Translations under genes and position numbers: made by a program
Shown: one piece after another, positions 57,185 through 64,000 of the stretch
Layout: every line of letters begins with the position of its first letter
Numbering within the stretch: position 1 is the first letter of the stretch
Notes under the pieces: model-generated
Seen by the model: the letters and a program-made list of their open reading frames with translations, nothing else
What the model was told of the DNA's origin: nothing
Databases searched by the model: none
Assembly: GCA_020353515.1 (NCBI GenBank)
Contig: CP070695.1
Coordinates: 1,524,284 to 1,588,283, forward strand
DNA length: 64,000 nucleotides
DNA from: Candidatus Heimdallarchaeota archaeon
Lineage (GTDB): Archaea; Asgardarchaeota; Heimdallarchaeia; Hodarchaeales; Hodarchaeaceae
Reading direction: 5' to 3'

Positions 57185-58150
57185 TTGGCATTTGAAATTT
57201 TAGGAAGTGTAATTTTTAGTTTTGTAACCTCATTACGTGAAGTTTTAGAGGCAGCTTTGATCATTGGAATAATTGCGAGCTATTTAACGATAATAGATAG
57301 GAAGGATTTGTTTCGTGATATTCTCTACGGTGTTTTTGCAGCTGTTATTTTCAGTCTTGGGATGGCTTGGGTGTTTCTAACTTTCTTCACAGATTTGGCT
57401 GAATACCAAAAACTATTCGAAGGAATTGCTATGTTTCTGGCCGCGGTAGTTCTCTCATGGATGATTGTATGGATGACACGCCAATCCAAAAAAATTCGTT
57501 CAGATATCCAAGAAAAAGTTGACAAAATAATAACAAATCAAGAAAAAGCTGGTATTGCATTTTTAGTTTTCATTTCAGTAGCAAGAGAAGGAGCTGAATT
57601 AGTTTTATTCTTATATGCTAGTTATATTGGCAGTGTGGGTGAAGTGGGGGCCGTTACAGCTTTCTCTGCAATTAGCCTCGGATTCCTAACTGGTCTGTTA
57701 CTTGCTGCAATAATGGCAATAGTGCTTTTTACAACGACACGAAGATTAGACATCAAGAAATTCTTTCAAGTAACTAGTGTAATACTTATTATTTTTGCCG
57801 CGGGGTTGTTGGCACATGGTATTCATGAAATTTATGAATTTTTAGAGATATCAGGCTCATCGTTAATTAATAATGTAATCTGGATTGAAGTTTGGAACAT
57901 TAACAACACTGTACTTGGTGATGTACTGCAATTCCTATTTGGGTGGAGTTATGATCCACTTAATCCTGCGAGATTTGAAAAAAGTGTTGTTGGTGGAATC
58001 ATCGTTGGATTATTCGGCTGGAATGATAACCCAGCTCTTATTGAAGTTCTAGCATATGGGTTATATTATGTATTCATAGCTATTGCTATCAAACGATTTA
58101 CAAATTTCTCGGAAATGAGGGAAAAAGCACCTCAGCCAATTACCGATTAA
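57185..58150 (+). CDS. FTR1/EfeU family iron permease
   Basis: Two RExxE motifs (REVLE, REGAE). Confidence 0.9.
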   Translation: MAFEILGSVIFSFVTSLREVLEAALIIGIIASYLTIIDRKDLFRDILYGVFAAVIFSLGMAWVFLTFFTDLAEYQKLFEGIAMFLAAVVLSWMIVWMTRQSKKIRSDIQEKVDKIITNQEKAGIAFLVFISVAREGAELVLFLYASYIGSVGEVGAVTAFSAISLGFLTGLLLAAIMAIVLFTTTRRLDIKKFFQVTSVILIIFAAGLLAHGIHEIYEFLEISGSSLINNVIWIEVWNINNTVLGDVLQFLFGWSYDPLNPARFEKSVVGGIIVGLFGWNDNPALIEVLAYGLYYVFIAIAIKRFTNFSEMREKAPQPITD

Positions 58151-58177
58151 AGAAGTGTCAATCTCTAGGAAAAGTAA

Positions 58178-58873
58178 CTATTCTCCTATGAGTTCATCTG
58201 TGACCAATAAAGCAATGGTTAGTAGGATTATAGCGTGAATGAAAAGAAGTAACGTATTGTTTAGGACATAAGCTGGATCCTCAAAAAGGACTATGTTCGT
58301 TGTTACTTGGGTCGCTATTAAAATGGAGGGGAGAATCAAAGGAAAAAATAAAATCGGGATTGCTAATGTTTTAGACCTTGCATAAACTGTTAGAAAGGAA
58401 ACAATACAACCTGCAACACAGAGATCAATCGTACCAATAGTTAACACAATACATAACAAAAGAAAATCAGCTTGAATGTTTAATCTTAGAAATACAATAG
58501 CAAGGATTAATGTGATAAGCTCGATTAGGGCTAAAATAACAATCAGATAGGCAAGTTTAGCCAAGAAAATTACCTGGGGTTTTATTGGTAAAGAAAGTAG
58601 TGAATAAATAGAATTCTTTCTGAGCTCACGAGAGAAGACTGATGTTAAACCTAACATGACTGTAAAAGTAATAATAAACCATAAACATGCTGCAGAAATG
58701 GCTTGTTTAGTCTCTAAGGAAATACTTCCTAAAAGATTAAAGAGAGTGGAAAAAATGAGGATGGATGCGAAGGAGAAAAGGCCCATTGAAAAAAGAGTTT
58801 CTCTTTTTCTAAACTCTAGCAGAATATCTTTTCTTGCTAAAAGGTAAATTTCACTAATCAAGGACATTTCCAA
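58178..58873 (-). CDS. ccmB: Heme exporter permease CcmB
   Basis: KDILLEFR, FSRE, PILFFPLILP; in ccm operon. Confidence 0.85.
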   Translation of the reverse strand: MEMSLISEIYLLARKDILLEFRKRETLFSMGLFSFASILIFSTLFNLLGSISLETKQAISAACLWFIITFTVMLGLTSVFSRELRKNSIYSLLSLPIKPQVIFLAKLAYLIVILALIELITLILAIVFLRLNIQADFLLLCIVLTIGTIDLCVAGCIVSFLTVYARSKTLAIPILFFPLILPSILIATQVTTNIVLFEDPAYVLNNTLLLFIHAIILLTIALLVTDELIGE

Positions 58874-58882
58874 CCTCCCAAA

Positions 58883-59581
58883 TTAATTTTGTTTATTTAG
58901 AAAAAAATCAAACTCAGAGGGTTCTAGAACTTTTTCAATTCTTCCTTTTTCAAGATAATAGACTTTTGAACAAACTTGTGATATAGAATGGAAATCATGA
59001 GAACATATGATGACTGTTGTGCCAACTTTTCTATTTGAGATAATGTTTTTTATAAACTGTCTATTTTCAACATCTAATCCAGTAAATGGTTCATCTAGCA
59101 ATACTAATCGGGGAAGGTTTGGTAAAGTGATTTTTAAGAGCTGAAGCTTCTTAGCCATGCCTGTTGAAAGTTCATGAGTCGGTCGGTCTATAAAAAACTT
59201 TAATTTATACTGCTTAACCGCATTGTTAATAATATTTCCAGGATTCTTTGTTTTTCCATTTATCTTGAGATAAAACTCAAGATTTTCACGTCCTGTTAGA
59301 TCCTCATAGAAAAATGAGTGACTCAACAGTGTTCCGATCTCCTTTTTTAGAATGTGTTGATTATCTTTGACTACATTCCCAAATAGCTCTACTTTACCAG
59401 TCGTTGGCTTAATTAAAAGAGAGATTATCTTCAAAAGGGTGCTTTTTCCCACACCATTATTTCCCAATAAGCCAATTGTTTCCCCTTCCTTTATTGTCAG
59501 ATCTATATTCTTTAACGCCTTAATAAACCCGTAAACCTTTGAAACATTACTAAGCTTCACGATAGGATTCAGAACTGACAT
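58883..59581 (-). CDS. ccmA: Heme exporter ATPase CcmA
   Basis: GNNGVGKST, LSTGM, LLDEPF; start re-called at ATG 59581. Confidence 0.85.
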   Translation of the reverse strand: MSVLNPIVKLSNVSKVYGFIKALKNIDLTIKEGETIGLLGNNGVGKSTLLKIISLLIKPTTGKVELFGNVVKDNQHILKKEIGTLLSHSFFYEDLTGRENLEFYLKINGKTKNPGNIINNAVKQYKLKFFIDRPTHELSTGMAKKLQLLKITLPNLPRLVLLDEPFTGLDVENRQFIKNIISNRKVGTTVIICSHDFHSISQVCSKVYYLEKGRIEKVLEPSEFDFFLNKQN

Positions 59582-59634
59582 TTTAATATCCTTGTTACAA
59601 TTAGTCAAAGAGAATTGACAAGTGAGTTTCAATA

Positions 59635-59787
59635 TTAATCCTTTAAGCTATATAATTCCTTCTCTAATTTCTTTAATCTGTTATTCGTATAAAAAATGTA
59701 AATGAAAATTATTATCCAAACCGTTATAGATACGAAAAACATCAGACTCAATTCAGAACTAAGTAATTCATCAAAAAAATCTGCCAT
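59635..59787 (-). CDS. ccmD: CcmD-like 50-aa single-TM protein (not in ORF track)
   Basis: MADFFDELLSSELSLMFFVSITVWIIIFIYIFYTNNRLKKLEKELYSLKD*; directly after ccmC; GAGGTGA SD-like motif upstream. Confidence 0.7.
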   Translation of the reverse strand: MADFFDELLSSELSLMFFVSITVWIIIFIYIFYTNNRLKKLEKELYSLKD

Positions 59788-59821
59788 ACCATTAATCACC
59801 TCTGATTTGTTAGCAAATGTG

Positions 59822-60526
59822 TTAGGCTTCCTCCATCATGGTTTTTCTTACTTCTTTCAACTTTAAATCAATTTTATTAACTCGATATGCCATATAGATC
59901 AGTATTAATGTTAAGATTCCAATTAAAAGAAAGTTTAGCATTAGATAAATTCCTACTCCTGGTCCGAGGGTCGTTTGTTGAGGAGCTGGATGTAAAGCAC
60001 CAACAACGTAGTTTGATAAAGGAACGGATGGAGAAGTCGCAATTCCGAATATCGCTGAAAGAGTGGCTTTTCTTTCGTGGTTTTCTTCCTCTATCATTTC
60101 TCTGAAAATCAATAATCCGACATAAGCTAGCCACATAATTAATGTTACAGTCTGTCGGGCTTCCCATTGCCACCAATAACCCCATTCTGCTTTAGACCAG
60201 ATTATACCCACAATAATGGTGATTGCTCCAACAACAACTCCTGTTTGGGCACTCGAAAGTAGAAAAAAATCGAACTTCAAGTCTTTTCTCCATAAGTACA
60301 TAATACCACTAATAAGTACAATGCCAAAACAGAAATATGTTGAAAAGGCAAACGGAACCATGTAGAAAATCGGGTGTCCGCTTACTGTGAAACCTTGAAA
60401 ATGTTTAGTAGTTATAAACACGAAATAATAGTTCAGAATGGAAAAACAGATTAAAAATGCCAAAACTATCCAATTAAGATTCTCTTGAATTTTTTCATTT
60501 ATCAAAGTGAGTTCCTCATGTTTCAT
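59822..60526 (-). CDS. ccmC: Cytochrome c biogenesis CcmC
   Basis: WWD motif WSKAEWGYWWQWEAR, LHP. Confidence 0.88.
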   Translation of the reverse strand: MKHEELTLINEKIQENLNWIVLAFLICFSILNYYFVFITTKHFQGFTVSGHPIFYMVPFAFSTYFCFGIVLISGIMYLWRKDLKFDFFLLSSAQTGVVVGAITIIVGIIWSKAEWGYWWQWEARQTVTLIMWLAYVGLLIFREMIEEENHERKATLSAIFGIATSPSVPLSNYVVGALHPAPQQTTLGPGVGIYLMLNFLLIGILTLILIYMAYRVNKIDLKLKEVRKTMMEEA

Positions 60527-60926
60527 CTACATATTTTGATGGACATTTTGTACTAATCATTGAGGCCCGAAGTTTCCATATATTAGTTGTTGAAACAAGT
60601 TTACCTTCAATTAGTACAGTTTTTCCAGATTCAAATCCTGCAGGCTTCTCAACATTAGTTGCATTGACAAAAATAGTCAAAGATGCGTTATTTACATCAT
60701 CAGGATCAGTTACAAAGAATCCTGTGGTATTAGCCTGCTGAACAACACCTATTAGTTGAATATTACGGTTTATAAATGAATCTGGTCGTGATTCATCCAT
60801 CAATTCTTTCACAGTAAACACTGGTACAGATGAACTTGTCAGCAGAATCAAGAAAGCTCCACCACAGATTATGATTATCACTGCAGCAATTCCAATATTT
60901 CTGGGTTTAATCATATATAACACCAT
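60516..60926 (-). CDS. ccmE: Heme chaperone CcmE, CxxxY variant
   Basis: N-terminal TM, P.GF..GK.V.IEG, TKCPSKY. Confidence 0.88.
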   Translation of the reverse strand: MVLYMIKPRNIGIAAVIIIICGGAFLILLTSSSVPVFTVKELMDESRPDSFINRNIQLIGVVQQANTTGFFVTDPDDVNNASLTIFVNATNVEKPAGFESGKTVLIEGKLVSTTNIWKLRASMISTKCPSKYVDET

Positions 60927-63156
60927 CCACTTCGATTTTTTCTTCTGATATAAGATCTTTCTCTATTTCTCTTTTTCTTAATGAGGAAGCTTTTCTAAGA
61001 AGGATTAATCTCCCAATGGTTAATGGAATGATAGCAAAATGGAGGAGAAGGCAGCCAGCCCAGACAATATTCACGTATGGAATTATTTTTATCTGAAGAA
61101 TAGTACCTATAAGACTTCCTGAGATCGGGTTTTCTAAAATACCAGCAGTAACAATGTATATGTCAGCAAATAGATCACTAATTATTGTAACTTCATGATT
61201 CCAATTTTTTGGGTCTGTCCAGCGTTTATGAATGAGTACTCGGCTCACTCCAAAACCTATTGTTCGTGTTCCTGTGGATATCTGAAAAAACGTTTGGTAT
61301 TCCATGAGATACAGACCAGATTCGTGAACAACTTCATCCATGTCTAAAATTGAGATTGTTAATGAAGTTCCTTCAATGGTTTCAGATTGACCATCGTAAA
61401 GAAGAACTTCGTATGTACTCGTCATATTAATACTCAATATCGCTCCTAAAATGATCACTAAGAAAGAGAAATGCAACATTATCTGAGAAGTCTTACGAAT
61501 AAGGTTTTTTTCTTCTTTCAGTGCCACATTTATAAATTCTGCAATTAAACCAGCTAAGCCAAGAATTATAAGAGGAAGGACTAAGTCTGCTTTTTCACTA
61601 GTAGTCCAGAAGTTACTAAGGAAAGATAAAATGGGATTTCCTTGTCCTAGAAATGAGGAAAGAACGCCTTCTTTATATAAGAAACCACTTATTGCAAATA
61701 CAATCCCTGTAATTATTCCACCAATTGCTAATCCAGTCTTCCGTTTAATGCTGAGTCTTGGGTAAAATGTACAGAAAAATTGTGCTATCAGCATAATTCC
61801 TCCAAAAACAGTTAAAACTGTATTATAGAACAATTTCCCCACACTAATGCTTGGTCCGAATCCTTCTGAGCTAAAGGTGATTAAATAACCAAGAATATTA
61901 TAGATAACGGGTGCTATCAAACCTAGAATTATGGCATAAGTACCTAAAATGCCAGAAATGAATGAAATTTTCAATGCAGTTACACGGGACTTTGATGCCT
62001 GAAAATCTTCCTTATTTAGCGAAAGGGGTACATGAAAGATTTCCCTATTCTTAAAACCATAGATATGCGGAAGCAAAAAATTAACAACTAGCACAATAAA
62101 AAGGAAAAACATCCTTTCATTAGGAATAACTGATAATATTATTTGCATAATGAAGCTATTTTCAGGAATGAAAATCCTGAGAATATCGGCAAGCGTACTA
62201 TCCAAGGGAAATGTATGTACACTAGATATGATACCACTTCTAGTTACATACGTGGCAAATAGTGTACCAATATAACTCATACTTACAATGTAATTACCAA
62301 AGTATTCTCTTTTATTAAAGAATCTTTTTCCATGAAAATAAAAGGTAATAAAGAGCCATGGTACTAGAGACGCTGTTTCAACGGGATCCCATGCCCAGAA
62401 ACCACCCCAACCCAGAGTAATATAAGCCCAGTATCCTCCAATTATTATTCCAGAGCTTAAAACAAGCCAAGCCAGTGAAATAATAAATTCAAAGAAATTA
62501 TCTAGTTTCTCTTTTCCCTCAAAGTTGGGAACCTTCCCATCTTCAAGAACTGAAATTCTTGCTATTCCAATGACCATGGGAATTATGCATAAAGCGTAAC
62601 CAATGAAAATGATTGAAGGATGAATAACATTCCAGATGTTCATTAAAACGGGATTTAATCCTATACCATCAGAGGTTGCCCCTAAATTCAACTTGAATGG
62701 TTCATGTAGTATTGATAATGCCACTAAAAAGGCTACTTGGAGAGCAAAAATTACAAATGAGCGCCAAAAGATGGGTTCATGAGCGAAATCCCTGAAAAGC
62801 GCCCTGAAGACAATGTAAAGAATTACAGCTAGAAAAGCCCAGAAGAAAAATGAACCTGCTTGTCCTGACCAAATAGCAGATAATCTCAAGAAAAAATCCA
62901 TGTCATTATTAACGTAACGACTCACATATATGAAATTATAATCAGCAGTTATGATAGAATAACTAAAATAAATAAATGAGACGAGAAATGCAGAACTACC
63001 GATAAATAGACTAATCTCAGAGTAAATTTCCCACTTTTCAATATACTTTCCAGATATTACAAGAAATATGTCGAAAAGTAACGCTATTAAGCTTATTAAT
63101 AACAATAACATTCCTACATCCATACCAAATATTCCCAGATCTAAATAAAACATCAT
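60907..63156 (-). CDS. ccmF: Cytochrome c heme lyase CcmF
   Basis: WSGQAGS, GLNP...IHP, WAY.LGWGGFWAWDPVE, TRSG..SVH. Confidence 0.92.
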   Translation of the reverse strand: MMFYLDLGIFGMDVGMLLLLISLIALLFDIFLVISGKYIEKWEIYSEISLFIGSSAFLVSFIYFSYSIITADYNFIYVSRYVNNDMDFFLRLSAIWSGQAGSFFFWAFLAVILYIVFRALFRDFAHEPIFWRSFVIFALQVAFLVALSILHEPFKLNLGATSDGIGLNPVLMNIWNVIHPSIIFIGYALCIIPMVIGIARISVLEDGKVPNFEGKEKLDNFFEFIISLAWLVLSSGIIIGGYWAYITLGWGGFWAWDPVETASLVPWLFITFYFHGKRFFNKREYFGNYIVSMSYIGTLFATYVTRSGIISSVHTFPLDSTLADILRIFIPENSFIMQIILSVIPNERMFFLFIVLVVNFLLPHIYGFKNREIFHVPLSLNKEDFQASKSRVTALKISFISGILGTYAIILGLIAPVIYNILGYLITFSSEGFGPSISVGKLFYNTVLTVFGGIMLIAQFFCTFYPRLSIKRKTGLAIGGIITGIVFAISGFLYKEGVLSSFLGQGNPILSFLSNFWTTSEKADLVLPLIILGLAGLIAEFINVALKEEKNLIRKTSQIMLHFSFLVIILGAILSINMTSTYEVLLYDGQSETIEGTSLTISILDMDEVVHESGLYLMEYQTFFQISTGTRTIGFGVSRVLIHKRWTDPKNWNHEVTIISDLFADIYIVTAGILENPISGSLIGTILQIKIIPYVNIVWAGCLLLHFAIIPLTIGRLILLRKASSLRKREIEKDLISEEKIEVDGVIYD

Positions 63157-63164
63157 TCATTCAC

Positions 63165-63998
63165 CTAAGTATTACGTCTTGTTCCTCTTTTTCTTTTCAC
63201 GTTATGTGTTCTTTTCATACTCTTCAAAGTTTTACGAGCGCTTCTTCCTTTATATTCCACATAAGTGTAGAGGCCTAAAGGAACTAAAATCAATACAACA
63301 AAGAGTATTCCAATGACAAATGACATTGGTATCGTTTCAAGATGACCTAGTATTTCCATATAGTTCGCAGGACTATATGCAAAATTTCCCCAATTATCTA
63401 TGGCTTCAAAGTAGTAGGCATAGATACCAGGTTCAGGAAGTCCTTCTGGGAAGGTTACAGTCCAAAGATAATCACCAATCTTCTCTAAAGCGATGGATTT
63501 CTGAACTTCACCTGGGAGATGATAATACATCCTAACAAATTCAACCTCCCCTTGCAAAGGTACATCTTGAGCGATGACATTGATTGAAAAATTGCTGTTA
63601 ACTGGAACTTCACTCGCAGGATCGATTCCAATTTCCAAAATGTATGGTGCCCACTCATCTCTCTGCCACAGGAAAAAATAGGATCCACGTACAATCTCGT
63701 TACCTAAAGTGTCGTTTACTATGATTTGAAAATTGATCGTGGTTTCATGTGGTTGGGCATCAAAGCTGAAATTAAACATATTTCCAACATGAGAAAGAGG
63801 GATCATATTTCCCAGTTGATAATCCCCGTTATTTATTGAATAATTAATCATAACTCTAGATATGCCGTCAGAGTCAAATGCTGCAACTAAAATTGTCACT
63901 GGATCCCCTATGAAGTCTATATCTTTCGATCGGGGCGTTGATGGAGACCAAACGGCGTTGAGTACGCCTGGTTTACTATATAACCACAGATTTGCCAA
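63165..63998 (-). CDS. C-terminal part of a membrane-anchored surface protein with Ig-like repeats (runs off the window)
   Basis: Repeated V.A.D...V...Y...Y...D..GN units, TM helix, basic tail. Confidence 0.7.
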   Translation of the reverse strand: MANLWLYSKPGVLNAVWSPSTPRSKDIDFIGDPVTILVAAFDSDGISRVMINYSINNGDYQLGNMIPLSHVGNMFNFSFDAQPHETTINFQIIVNDTLGNEIVRGSYFFLWQRDEWAPYILEIGIDPASEVPVNSNFSINVIAQDVPLQGEVEFVRMYYHLPGEVQKSIALEKIGDYLWTVTFPEGLPEPGIYAYYFEAIDNWGNFAYSPANYMEILGHLETIPMSFVIGILFVVLILVPLGLYTYVEYKGRSARKTLKSMKRTHNVKRKRGTRRNT

Positions 63999-64000
63999 GG

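Noticed and set aside
2256-63694. Many short antisense or alternate-frame ORFs in the track (e.g. 2256..2492, 7191..7592, 36346..36666, 49769..50131, 59877..60185)
   Set aside because: They are shadows of well-supported genes and carry no motifs of their own
1-64000. CRISPR arrays, tRNA/rRNA, transposases, integrases, defence systems
   Set aside because: No regularly spaced repeats, cloverleafs or catalytic motifs seen by eye; not computationally excluded

Overview
AT-rich, gene-dense archaeal DNA. It is probably from an Asgard archaeon (Heimdallarchaeia/Hodarchaeales-like); this is inferred from a Rag-like GTPase with a C-terminal roadblock-like domain, a longin-like protein, an LRR protein, a PGF-CTERM-like surface protein and Lrp/TrmB regulators. 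Main blocks: (1) HdrD-like/hdrA/mvhDGA [NiFe] group-3c hydrogenase operon with its maturation protease. (2) A partly duplicated carotenoid island (crtI x2, crtB x2, fused lycopene cyclase, TspO-like protein). It holds a B12-binding CarH-like regulator with two winged-helix domains and candidate 10-bp tandem operators. (3) Lipase/plsC/fadD ester-lipid genes. (4) A tusA-dsrE-dsrE-tusA-SQR-like-Lrp-hdrCB sulfur-relay cluster, preceded by a strongly structured, G-U-rich leader (candidate new cis-regulatory RNA). (5) Two ctaB-like prenyltransferases with unknown membrane proteins. (6) A System I* cytochrome c maturation operon, including a 50-aa CcmD-like ORF missing from the ORF track. I saw no rRNA, tRNA, CRISPR array or transposase. 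All calls come from reading motifs by eye; no searches were run.
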